From: Camelus ferus
Lineage: Eukaryota
DNA length: 64,000 nucleotides
NCBI RefSeq assembly: GCF_009834535.1
Contig: NC_045707.1
Coordinates: 51,834,001-51,898,000 of the forward strand
Direction: 5' to 3'
Shown here: positions 1 through 11,869 of the stretch, one piece after another
Layout: the number at the start of each line of letters is the position of its first letter
Position numbering within the stretch: the first letter of the stretch is position 1
Made by a program: the position numbers and the translations under genes
The notes under the pieces: model-generated
Told to the model about the DNA's origin: nothing
The model's database searches: none
The model's input: the letters and a program-made list of their open reading frames with translations, nothing else

Positions 1-204
1 TGATTATGTGAAGTTTTTCTTATTGGTGGTGGCTGTTTTGTTTGTTTGTTTTTATCTTTAGCTTTATAGATTCCACCCATTTCATCAATACCTAGAGCAG
101 TACATATGTCCCCTACCTACTTCAGTGAAGTTATTTCATACATTTATAACACAGTTAGATTGATGAGTCACATTCTTCATTCTACCCTGAAATCCTCCAA
201 TGTC

Positions 205-490
205 AAAAATGATTTTTTAAATTTGTATACATTAAGGTTCATGTTTTATGTTGTAAAGTTCTATGTGTATAGACAAATGCATATACAGCCATGTAACCAC
301 TATTATAATATCATAAAGGGTAGTATCACTACCCCCCAAAAATCTCCTGAACCTCACTTATTAAAACTTTCCTTCCTTGCCCCAAATCCTTGACAACCAC
401 TGACCTTTCATCATCTATATGCTTTTACTTTTTCCACAATTTTTTATTCTAGTTGGAATCATGTATTATGTGGCACTCTTAGTCCTGCTT
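205..490 (-). mobile_element. Ancient LINE-1 (L1M/L1MC-ME type) 3' UTR fragment
   Basis: Antisense L1M 3'-UTR motifs such as 'ccatgtaaccactattataatatcata...ccttgacaaccactgacc...ttggaatcatgtattatgtggc'; family recalled, boundaries approximate. Confidence 0.65.
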
Positions 491-3400
491 ATCTGTAATA
501 TGACCTGATTTTGAAGTGTTAAATAGAAGACGTGAAATTTTTCCTTTTGATTTGGTCTGTTATTTTAAACAGGCATTTCTAATTTTTCTATTCATCTAAG
601 ATCTATTTTATTATGTACTTTTCCCTTGTTCATAAATTTTGAGGATGCTTTAAATACATGAATGAGGAAGTGAAATAGTGGTATAGCTTACTTGTAACGT
701 AAGATATTTGAAAAGATAGTGAGCATAAACTGATGAGAATAAAGTGTTGGAATGGTGTGAAATGGACTGGTACGAAATAAAATTGGCATAGGGAGGAGTG
801 AGAGCCACCCTGAGTCCCAGAAAGGAAGTGAAGCATGATGGAAGTTGATGGAAGGTAATGGAGAAAAGAAGGGCATTAGCCTAACATTACCAAGGTGATT
901 ACCACACTCTGGTGCAAAATCATTCAGTGGAAACTCTTTTCCCCATCTATTTCAATTTTCCATGCAATTGGTCATCTGACAGCTATAGTATAGCTTCCCA
1001 AGTTCCGTACTAAAGAGGGTTTTCTGAATGATTTCAAACGCATATTAGTAAGGGTCAAGGAACAAGAAATTAACATTGCTTTGCTATTAATTTGTAAGAA
1101 TGATGGTCAAGCATACACAATCTCTACTTAAAACAAATTTAAGGCTGTTTCTTTACTTGTATGGGGGCCTATGTCCAGAATTGGGATTATATCTGGAGTC
1201 CTCTATCTAAATAGTTTTCAATAAAGTCCTCAATTCTCAGTGAAAACTAATTACTTACAAGGTAGCCTCAATTTTGTAAAAACCCATGAAATTGTGGAAG
1301 CTGCTTCTAAGTAAGGACAACTGATAGACTGTTTTTGTAGAAGGACTGGATTTACCTTTCACATAATATCTTTGATGAAGTGTGAAGTTATACAAAGAGC
1401 TTTGTACACTAAGGCCATAGACAATAACTGTGCCTCATTACCCCTAGAATGGGCCACATACAATGAATAATTACTTAGGCTATGAATACTGTCATCCACT
1501 ATTTGGTACATTGTTAGATCAAATGAGACTTTAAAAGGATGCTTTCAGACTAATATTGATAAAACTCCAATTCTTATATTCTATAGGATTTTTGGCAGGA
1601 CCACAGGTATATACACTTTAAATAGTCTATCTCAGTCTATCTTATTTGGAAATGTCTCTTTACGTGGAAATAATCTTCAAGAGGGAGGATAGGAAGGGCC
1701 TAAATATAAATTAATTTTAAAAAAGTCTCCAAAGTGAGTGTTCAATTTTAGTCACAGAGGCGATAAAAGGTTTTTGAATTATTAAAGTTTTCCCCCTTTC
1801 CTAGTCTTCTGAAAACTGCATGGACTACAGCAGACAATGTCAACTTCTAATAGTGGAGAATCTTGATGTGTTTGGTTAGTAACTCTGCTGCCTTGAGCCT
1901 GACTGTAGGATTATTTACTACCTAACTTAAGCATATTGGAATGGAGAGATATGCATAAAAATATTAAATTGCATATAACAATGTTAACAGCTGTTGAAGA
2001 AAATGCTGGAAGCTTCATATTTGTGCATAGAAAATATACACATTATTGAAATCCAGAGAAATTTAACAAACTGTATTTGGCCATTGAGTTTACAAACTAT
2101 TTTTTACTAGGTTCCAGAAAAAAACTGGAGAAAAATATTATACACTATCCTCAAAATAATAAATATTTTAGTTATTTCAAAATTAATGCATAGCCATTGA
2201 AGAAAACTTAAAAGGTACAAAGAAGTGAAAAAAAAACTTACAAATTTTACCAGTTAGAGCTAAAATTTTATAATATTCACTTATTACAAGAATTAAATCT
2301 TACTGAGTATACCTAAGTTATTTCTTTGTAAATTTAGGAGAATATCCATAGTGAATTAATACATTGTGGGACTGTACAAGAAATATGTGTATGCTTCTAC
2401 TTAGTTAGTGCCTTTTTCCTGAGCAAATTTTACTCAAACTTGGTTCTTGGGCTGAGAGAGAAGCCTCAGAAGTTATGCAATGACTGAATATACCTATTTC
2501 ATGAGAATGCTATAGACACTGACCACTCCAGAGGTATATGTTTGTATTTCAAGTGGGGATGACCTCTGAAACTATGTGGACATCCCCTAGGTTGTAAAGC
2601 TAGACATACTGGTCTCATCTTTCCAAGGTTAATAACCTAGGATCCTTCCCAAGCTAATTTGTTTTCACTAGGGAGCAAAAGGTTTCTCTCCCTTTTTTCC
2701 CCTAAATATCTTTTTGTATGAAGGAATGGATTTTATATATCTGAATAAAAAAAATGATACAGGTGTATAAAATAAAAATAAAGTCTATCTATCTTGACAA
2801 ATCCACATGGCATTTGTCTTTACTGAAAGAGCAAAAGTGTTTTTACCATATATTATATTGGAAGTAATCTGAATGAAACTAGTAAAAGTCAAATATGTAT
2901 TAACAGCGCTGCTCTTATGTTATTCTTATTAACATTCTCATTGATTATAGAGAATACTGGATTTCATAATATTCAGAGTTGCACACATTTGGAATGTAAA
3001 CTTGCATAAACTATGCTAAAAGAATAGCTTTACTTTACTTAGGGAAGCTAACCCTCACAAAATAACATATTAGAGTATTTTCAAAAATGCCTGTGATTCT
3101 CATATGAAGACAATTTAATACATTTCACAGGTTCTATGACTTTTTGCAATGTATTAAAGCACACACATTAAAAATGGCATTTAAATGGTGCATAGCATAA
3201 ATGAGTTTTACTCCAGTTGCTGTTTGTTTTTTTAATGGCATTAATATTTATTAGTTCATCTAGCCTATGTTCTATATTTCTCAAGTGATATGAAAAGTCT
3301 TTAATTTTCCTTTGAAGTTTGGAAAGAGACAATTAAAAACCACAGGAACCCAGTACCTTGTTCTCCAAGAATATTAAAGAAGGACTATAATTTGACAAGT

Positions 3401-6329
3401 AAAGAAGCCTGGTTAAGGACATCCTACAGATTTGATTAAACCTTTCAAGATTAAATCTGGTCTTGCCTCTTTATGAAATAGGCATTGAAGAGAGAGCTAC
3501 CATTTTCTACATTATGTTTTTACAAAGATTTATATAAGTATATGCTATTCAAATACTGTCATTCAGTAATACATCTCGGATTAGGGAAAAAAAAAACTTG
3601 CACTATGGAGCTTGTGGGGAAAATATTATCTGGATAATATAATTAATGGCCTGTCCAGAGATCAGGGATCAGGATGCATGCTGATATTTCAATTCCAAAT
3701 ACTCTCTATGAAAGATGGACTGCTCAATATATCTTTCATGTAAGAAGTTTATGAGGTTTCCTTAATAACTTATCAGGTCATATAAGACCTTACTGTGTGA
3801 AATATCTAGCAACACGTCATTTCAGATATACAACCATGGCCGTGCAGCGCAGCGTAGCTAGAGAATGAGGTGTGATAGCTCTGTTACACCATGTAGTGTT
3901 CAGTAGTCAAACTAATGAAATTTATCTAAAGGATTGAACTCAATTAGATACATCATAAGCCATCTTCCAAAGCAATCAACTCATGACATTATTATAATGC
4001 AACTGTAATATCAAATTATTGAAAACTCAGTTTGTGTATCCAACCGAAACTTTATGTAATAAGATCTCCTTCAGTTTATAAATTCACAATCCCTCTGGTA
4101 AAAGGTCACTAACATTGACCTTCTAACAGTAGACTATGCATCTTATTCTTCCTTCTTATTCAAATAGTGACCAATTTTCACTGCTTATTTGTAATCTTTC
4201 AAATAACAAAACTGGACATATTCTCATATATGTGTCTCATGTCAGATTCCCATTCTTCACTTCCTCTCTGCCACTGTCCTTAACCCAAGGTACCCTGTAG
4301 ATCGGACAGTATTCTTTACAATGATGCTATATTACATCCTGCCCTAGCACCTACGTGCATATTTTCCCTCCTCTGAATACCAATTCTGACTTGTGTCTTT
4401 TTTCAATTAAAACAAGAATTTTGGCACATATATTTGAAAAGGTGATGAGAAATGAACAGACTGCAAAATGAGTTAGACTTGGGAGAATAGAGAAAAGATC
4501 AACTAAAATTCATATTGTCAAGAAAGCTGTTAAATATGCAAAGCATCTTACAGACTTCCATGTTGCCATTTGTTTGCAGGGAAAAAAGTTACATAACAAA
4601 TAGGTAGTAAAAGTAAAATTATTAAGATCCATTTAAATCTACCATTATTAGAAGAAAAGGAAGGAAAATTAGACTTTGATAATTTACGAAAAAACAATCA
4701 AGAAAGATCTTTGTGTAGTCATCTGAGAAAAAAAGGGTAATTCAAAATTCGAAGAGTTGAATGGCAGTACACAGGTATGAAAACTGCTTGATTCAGTGGA
4801 AACTGGAGAAATGTATAGAGAATAAAACTGGACGGTGAAACTAAAACAAATTCATATATGTTGGATATTGCACCAAATAAGGGGGGATAGCTCTTATTTA
4901 CATTTTCATAATATAGCTACTATAGAGTTTTCTACAAATGCTGGAGCTCTCCTCATTGATATATTTTTAATACACCTGTGATAAGGACTTGTTTTATTAG
5001 TATACACATTTACGTTGGTAGGGTATGTCTGAGCCTGTTACACATGACAAACACTGAAATTAGTAGCCTCCTAAGGTTTTGCATAGATGCTTTCATATTA
5101 CTGCTTTGTATCTTTATTTAATCTAAGCCACTATCATAAATTCATCTTGATCCAGTGTTGTGATATTTCTTCCCTCTTCTACTTACTCTTAGAATACACA
5201 TAATCTGAAGGTTTTACCACCCTTCTTCAAGGTAACTGTCAAAAGTTAAGTCTTTATTGAATATTCAAGTATGGAGAGGCTAACCTCCATATACAGAGAA
5301 GGAAAGCTTGCTTTTGTTGACAAAGCTGACTCAGTGTCTTTTGAAAGTTCAAATTATTTAGTCATTATAATATTCACAAATACTCTCATTCCAATTTTCA
5401 GGCTCCATTTTCTCTAAAAAAAAAAAAAGAAAAAGTCCTTATTTTCAAATAAGAGACTGAGCAATGCTTTGCATTCAACATGTGCTATAATTCTGCAAAC
5501 TGCAATATCAAACTTTGAGTCTGGCTTTTAGATAATGTTCCTGTGATTACAGTGGATAAAGATATCCTGTCTAGTTAGTAAAGAAGTTCTCTAGTCTGAA
5601 GTCTGGACCATCAAACTTATTCTAGTATTTATCATTTTCTCCATAGTATTCCAATACAAAAGCCAGTTTGTCTCCCAAGTGCTGCCTTGAAAGGTAGTAA
5701 GTTAAATAATTTATTTCATAATAGATGCTACATGCCATGAACTATCAGTATCCCATTGTCTGTTAGCAACGTATTTATTATGCCCTCTAATTTAGCCCAA
5801 TTAAAGAATCTCAGACTTCTATCTTGTGGTTAATTTCTAGGGAATTATTTATTGTACCAAATACTATATAATTTATGAAGTAGTTAGGAAAACAACCACC
5901 AATGTAGATATTTCAACAAAAGGAGATCTAGTATAGGAACCTGAAGTTTTTCATGCATGCTGGAAGGATTAGAATCTGCCTCTTAGGGTCTGAAATGGCA
6001 GATTAGCAAGAGGTCCCAAAAGGTGCAGGAAGACTTAACTTCCGTATCTTTGTGCTCCATATTCCTTCCTTTAATTGTAGGGATCTATCTAGAATCCCGC
6101 TAGAAAGGGAATATGAGAAATGGAGTTGTTTTTTAACCCTTATGCTCACATGAAGTGCTTTGAATAAATGGGCAAGTACTGAGTATCAACAAACAACACC
6201 TGACACAGGTCTCTTGGGCAGCCATTATATGTGTTCGTGTTTTTACCACCATCCTTTTCAGGTCCCTATTTGATTCTGACCCTAGACAACTATTTTCCTT
6301 GAAAGAGTATGTATATGTTGGCAGTCTTA

Positions 6330-6604
6330 AGTGAGTAGGTCGTGGGACCCAGGTCAAAGTTCACAATAACTTGCATGTGTGTGAGGTAAGAAGTAAATGT
6401 ACGCATGCGCTAGTAGCATGACTAAATATTTTGAACAATAAGCATGCACAGGCATAATAAAAGAACAAGTGGGTATGCCTGAGGGGCACACCACCTGCTT
6501 GTACTGCAATAAGGTGCTGTTTTGCTCCATGTCAGCTCCTAGCACGTTTTTCCAGTTGGGCAGCTCACCTCCTCGAATCCCTCTCCAGCCTTCCGCGGCT
6601 GACA
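6330..6604 (+). mobile_element. Unassigned LTR-like remnant
   Basis: GC-richer block with an AATAAA, a second 'caataagg' variant and an end in '...gctgaca', like an LTR U5 terminus; family not recognised. Confidence 0.35.
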
Positions 6605-7640
6605 GTATATATGTAATCAATCCCTCTTTCTCTTTCTCTCTCCTGCCCCTCCATGCACTTCCTCACCCTTGCCCTCTCTGTGCCTCTCTCATCAGTCGGT
6701 TGTTAAAAGATAAACTGAGGCATATTAAACATTGTAAGAATATTTTTCAAATATTTTATGAAGTTTCAGCTGGGACAAGCAACAAATGTTCCTAGCAGTA
6801 TTGAAAAACCCCATAGACACACAAGACGCATCCCCAAAGAGGCTTCAAAAGTCACTACCCTCTCAAGGCCCAGAGCCACTCCCAAAGACAACAAAAAGAA
6901 AGACTTAGACAATTTCCCTGAGAGCTGGCAACAGTAATAACCTAGCCGCCAATGGAACACGACCCACATTTCTGTCTGCCCATATTTTCCCACCCCCAGA
7001 CCCCCCACCCGCCGCCGCCTAGTCAAACCACCTGCATACACAAGAACCCGAGTGTCCCAGTCAGGCAGAAAGCCAAGTCAGGTACTCAGGGGACAAAACA
7101 AACAAACAAGGAGGCGATAGCTGTCCCTGAGGGAGAAAGAGCTCACAACCAACGGGTACCCGAAAGCAAATTCACCAGTAACAATTCAAAGATTAAATAA
7201 ATAAATAAACTTTGTTTAAAAAAATTAATTCTTACAAATGTGTTTTTGTCTCCCAATCTGAAGGGAAGGGACAACATGAAATTTTCCCTTCCTCTGTCAA
7301 CCAGGCACCACAGATAGAAACCTAGGAGAATCGACTTTGATAAGAATTCTTACCCTTTGCCGGCTTCTGCCAGTTTCCTCAGGATTCTGAAGGCTCTGGA
7401 GCAGGTAGGGTGTCCTAGAGAGTCTCATCCTGGTCACGGAAAAACTGAGGAGGAGGAAAAAGTTTTCCCTCACGCTTTGTAAGTGCTTGGCTTAGCTGAA
7501 ACCACGTTCTTTCTAAGGTACCTCGTGAACGAGTAAGTTAATTTAGGTTTTAATAGTTCTCTCCTGTGGCCACAGTAATTCCAGATTATCTTGGATAAGG
7601 TTAACCTGCCTGTTCAGACTCAAAATTTTACTCACCTGAT

Positions 7641-7990
7641 GCCTCACGCGGTGCCCAGATCAGCTTAATTGGGACCCAGTCCCACCCCGGAACTAGTCTC
7701 GGTTCTAACTCCTCCGCCGTCGGAACCTAGACCCGGTCCTGTTTCTAAGTCGGACCCGGTCCAACCTTAGATCCGGTCCGGCTTCTAAGTCAGGCCCAAT
7801 TTGGCTCCGGCTGGTTTCTGGAACCCGTCTGGAAAAGAAATGCTCAAGTAAAGTCTGAAAGCTCCTCAAACGAGTACCTCGAGGCTCCTAGAGGGACAGA
7901 CCGGATCCTCCTGAGGCGGCGAGAAGGCGGTGACCCCAGGGTCTCAGCAGGTACCCTGTCTGGTTTTAATCGTCGCTCCTGGGCCCTCGG
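7641..7990. promoter_or_regulatory. Small CpG-island-like segment inside the ERV leader
   Basis: About 23 CpGs in 350 bp counted by eye and clearly above 50% GC, against a CpG-depleted AT-rich background. Confidence 0.55.
7724..7797. repeat. Imperfect ~39-bp tandem repeat (two copies) in the ERV leader
   Basis: aacctagacccggtcctgtttctaagtcggacccggtcc (7724-7762) followed by aaccttagatccggtccggcttctaagtcaggccc (7763-7797). Confidence 0.8.
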
Positions 7991-8031
7991 GGTCTCCTTT
8001 GGTTCCCTCCTCTTACTGTTACTAGGAGAAC

Positions 8032-8355
8032 TTTTAAAACATAAACTGAGGCATATTATAGTTTTTCAGACTTTATTTGGTCAAAAATCAGTTCAAATCG
8101 GGCAGCTTCCAGCCTGGCAGGTAGAAAGGAGCTGTAGGGTGCAGTTCAGAATGAGATTTTTACAGGCAGAAGGGAGTAAAACAAGGAAAATAAACTAGGC
8201 GAAAAAGTGGGTTGCTTATTGCAAATTTACTCCTTTAGGCCATGCCAGATGATAAGGCGATTCCTAACGAAATTAAAACTAAAATTAAGTCTGTTTGGTG
8301 TTGTGTGGCTTAACATAAGCAACTCCATTTTGGACCAATTGTCTTGGTTTTAACA
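8032..8355 (-). mobile_element. 5' LTR of the ERV1-type provirus
   Basis: Minus strand begins TGTTAAAACCAAGAC..CAAAATGGAG, has a degenerate TATA ('gcctgtaaaaa', ~8156-8166), AATAAA at 8072-8077 and ends 'aatatgcctcagtttatgttttaaaa'. Confidence 0.75.
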
Positions 8356-8779
8356 CGTGTTATCAATATATATGCAAGCATATTTAAATAGTTCTAGCCA
8401 TGGGTTTTCTGTATTATTTTGGTCTGGAAACTGTTACCAAAAATGTCTCATTTATTTTAATTGCAGTGAATTAAATGCATATTACTATTCCTATTGGAGG
8501 AAATTGTTATGCATAGAGTTCCAATCAATTACATCCTATCAGTAAATGTCTAATCTAGATTGATCCTCTGGCTCCAGGACCAGGGCTCCTTTCATACCAC
8601 AACTGCCACAATAATGGCAATAGGGATGTCAACTATCTCCAGGTTTGAGCATATTCTAAGTGACTACATAATGGAAATAAAATCCACCACTGTTTTTATA
8701 TCCTTCATTCCTTCCTTCAACAATACCCTTTGTGTCAGTTTGCCTGATTCTGTGGCATCTAAGATAGAGAGGAAATAAC

Positions 8780-8995
8780 TCCTGATATCAAAGCATTTAC
8801 ATTCAGTTCTATATGACAAATAAGTAAATGATTATTTTACAACAAAGTAAAATAATAGGACAAGATCACATATAGAATGAATAGAGGAAAGATTCCTAAC
8901 CTAGATAATGTATTTTGTGGAAGATGTTAGAGATGACCTTTCAGGAAGTTTTATCTGAGCTGAATCTTGAAAGTGGATGATACCAAGTGAAAAGA
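8780..8995 (-). mobile_element. L2 fragment
   Basis: Antisense L2 motifs 'aaagcatttacattcag' and 'caggaagttttatctgagctgaatcttgaaag'. Confidence 0.45.
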
Positions 8996-9001
8996 GAGAG
9001 T

Positions 9002-9444
9002 TGTGCAAGTGCACTGCTCAGTGTACTACTTAAGAGAGATTGCTGTGTAGAATGTAGTTGACAGCTCCAGATGACAACTACAGATCCCTGTGGATCTACT
9101 ATGAAGTTCATACCAAAGTCACAATTCCCTCTGGGCTGTTCCCAGATAATGATTAAGCACAGCAGTTTCCTTAGTACTGTCCCTTTCTGCCAGACGTGGG
9201 TTTCCTGGAATGGGCAGGATTTGCTTAAAGACTCCACATTGGTCTTGCAGAATTTTGCACTTTTCTGGATTACTTCTTAGTCAATCCTTTTTTCTCTCTC
9301 CTTTTGCAAGTATTTTTTAAGCTGTGGTCTGAAGGCTCTCCATGCCTTCTGTCCTGGTTTATGCTTTATAGGCATTTGCATCAAAAATACCTGTCTTATT
9401 TGTTCTGTCTTGGTGTCAGCTTGTAGACAGCCTAAAAAGACACA
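9002..9444 (+). mobile_element. ERVL LTR16C-like LTR
   Basis: Matches recalled LTR16C motifs: 'gggctgttcccagataatgattaagcacagcag', 'gtggtctgaaggctctcc', 'tctgtcttggtgtcagctt', ending in 'gacaca'. Confidence 0.75.
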
Positions 9445-9690
9445 GCTAGTTCTGAGAATGTTTAGAGAAAGGGGTTTTAACCATGGCTGATTTATGACCC
9501 AGTTGGTCATGTCCCAAGCAAATGTGGGACACGGGTCATCTCTGCCACAAGGTGGTGGCCCAATTGCTAAAGATTTCATCATTTGGTGACCTGTGCAAAC
9601 ATCCTGGTGAGAGAACACCTTGCCACCGTGATCATTCCAGCATTTTAAACATATAGGGGGCAATCACTGCCAGAAAAGTGGATGCCTAAC
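9445..9690 (+). mobile_element. ERVL internal fragment (ERV3-16A3_I-like) adjoining the LTR16C
   Basis: Directly follows the LTR with a degenerate PBS-like 'tagttctgagaatgt'; decayed gag-like reading CHKVVAQLLKISS..VTCANILV with frameshift and stop. Confidence 0.6.
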
Positions 9691-10497
9691 AGAAGGATAA
9701 TTTAAAAAACTGAGGTAGATTAACAGTTAAAGGTTATGTATGAGATCCAGTCTTTTTCATAACTGTTGTATTAATATGCAACTAACTCAGATATCAGGTA
9801 TTCTCATCCAGATGTGAGTAAAGAGTACGTAAAATTCATTATGTTCAATCAGTAAAAATTGACCGTAGGTATAAATAATTTGTATTGGAAAAGTAAAAGT
9901 CAGAACATTTAATTGGCTTGTGAGAAAAATTTGAGGGGATTTTGTCACAATCTTTAGGAAATAATTTATTTTCCTTCTTATTTATGGACTAATCTATATA
10001 TAGATGGTGTGTGTGTATGTGTGAATGTATACACATTCTCACATACATGTGTGCATGTGTGTATATTTTGTTTCTTAAAGTAACTTAGAATTAGTTCCCA
10101 GAATTGTATGTAAATGTTTAGTTACAAATCCACCATTTTAGGTCACATATTACAAGGAAAGTTTGCTAGGTCGAGAAACAAAATGAACTTAATTCACTCA
10201 TGCTCAATGTGGCTCTTTCTTAGAACTTTCATCAGATGGAACCAGAGCAAGCCAATTTTCCTGTCGCAAACTTAAAACCTTAAGTGTTTATCTGCTTCTC
10301 ACTTAGCATCGGAGAGCAGCCAAGTCCTGTTTTTATTTGTTTGCTTGTTTCACACTGTGATTCCTCAAGTGTCAAGATTGCCCAGAATGTGGTAAAGACT
10401 CAGTATAGTATAGCCTATTCAACTATAGTGAATTGTCTGGTCAGAATTTATCTTGGAAATTTTCTCAATTTCTTTAATTTTTTGAGGAACCCTTATA

Positions 10498-10790
10498 CTT
10501 TTTGATAATAGCCAGTCTAACAGGTATGCAGCTTATCTCACTTTGATTTTTGATACGCATTTCCCTAATGATAGTGATGTTGAACACCTTTTCATGTACC
10601 TGTTGGCTGTTTATATATTTTCTTTGGGGAAGATGACTATTTAGTTCCTCTGCCCATTTCTTAATTATTTTTACTATTGAGTTATATAACTTACTTTTAT
10701 AATTTGGATATTAAGCCCTTATCCAGCATGAGATTTGCAAAAATTTTCTTCCATTCTGTATGTGGCCTTTTGTCTTGATTGTTTTAATTT
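10498..10790 (-). mobile_element. LINE-1 ORF2 3' region fragment (L1MA/MB type)
   Basis: 'atagccagtctaacaggt...catttccctaatgatagtgatgttgaacaccttttcatgtacctgttggc' is classic antisense L1 ORF2. Confidence 0.85.
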
Positions 10791-11869
10791 TTGTAAATAC
10801 TGTGAAAGAGAAGTAGAAGTTGTGAAAATATGTCCAATTGAGTCAAGGGTAGCACCGTTGGGGACTGACAACAAAACGGAGACTTGAAGAAGTTGAAGGT
10901 GCTGCCACTGGAGATGAGAGTGCGGTGTTAGCACATAAATAAATATTAGTAAGTAACTTGAGAAGATCTTATTTTCCCTTTCAAGTGAGGACTATAACTT
11001 CTTTATATTTTAGTCAATGTTTAGTCATGATATTTTTCCTATAATCGTACATTTAAGTTTAATCTGTTGAAGTAATTATGAAGAAATTTCTTTTGAAAAT
11101 AGAACATCTTGCATCCCTGAGGTCGACAGAGCTGAAGAAAGAAATCATAAGAAAATCTTCTGTGTAATAAATGGCTGGTTACGGCAATGCTTTGGATTTT
11201 TTTAGGTAAAAAGAAAGAGAAAAAGGAAAAAAAGAGGAAAGTCGTAGTAAAGTTTTCAACTTTATTGGTAAAATGTTGAAGAAGTTAAGGGAAGAGTGGT
11301 AAAAAGTGAAGTTTTGTGTAAGATTAACAATCTGTGACTATACCATATTTGATCATGGAGTTGGCACTCATAAGACAAGAATAGTTAATATACCAGGCTA
11401 GAGAAATCCCTATATTGGGAGTCAGGGAAACTGTATTTTAATTCATATTGCACCACTCTACCTGTAAGAATTAGATAAGAAATTTATTTAATTTATAAAG
11501 TTTATGAATTAGAGTAGAATAAAATATCTCCAAGGCAGTAAAAATGTAGTTGGATGTTTGAGAAATCTAATGCATTGTTTCTCAAACTTTGATGCACTGA
11601 AATTCTCTATTATGTTAATAGGACTGCATAGGACCTAATGATTTTTGTGCATACTTGTTTGATAACATCTGGTGTAGTGAACTCTGGGTTGGATTTCAGT
11701 GAGGGTCTGGAAAAAATATTCCCAACAATGGAAATGTAAATACAAACTATTCTCTTTAGAATTAATTTAGAAGAATCATTTTAATAGTCAAGATGAGCAT
11801 GTGATGACTGCATGTACTATTTCAAAATATTTTGTTGTAATTAAAATATTATTTACTACTTTATGTAGC

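Larger units (their letters stand above)
6701..8355 (-). mobile_element. Internally deleted ERV1-class (MER4-group-like) provirus: 5' LTR, leader/internal sequence and a stub of the 3' LTR
   Basis: Element bounded by TGTTAAAA (6701) and TTTTAACA (8355). 6701-6727 'tgttaaaagataaactgaggcatatta' repeats at 8032-8058 (25/27 identical), i.e. two LTR 3' ends. GC-rich tandem-repeat leader at 7640-8000. No gag/pol/env ORF. Confidence 0.75.

Noticed and set aside
7670..7830. CRISPR-like or other prokaryotic repeat array
   Set aside because: Only two degenerate adjacent units, no unique spacers, no cas genes, and the context is mammalian
8000..8031. Primer-binding site of the ERV1 element
   Set aside because: Minus strand 'tagtaacagtaagaggagggaacc' only loosely resembles a tRNA-Leu PBS (TGGTGTCAG..GTGGGAT); too degenerate to call
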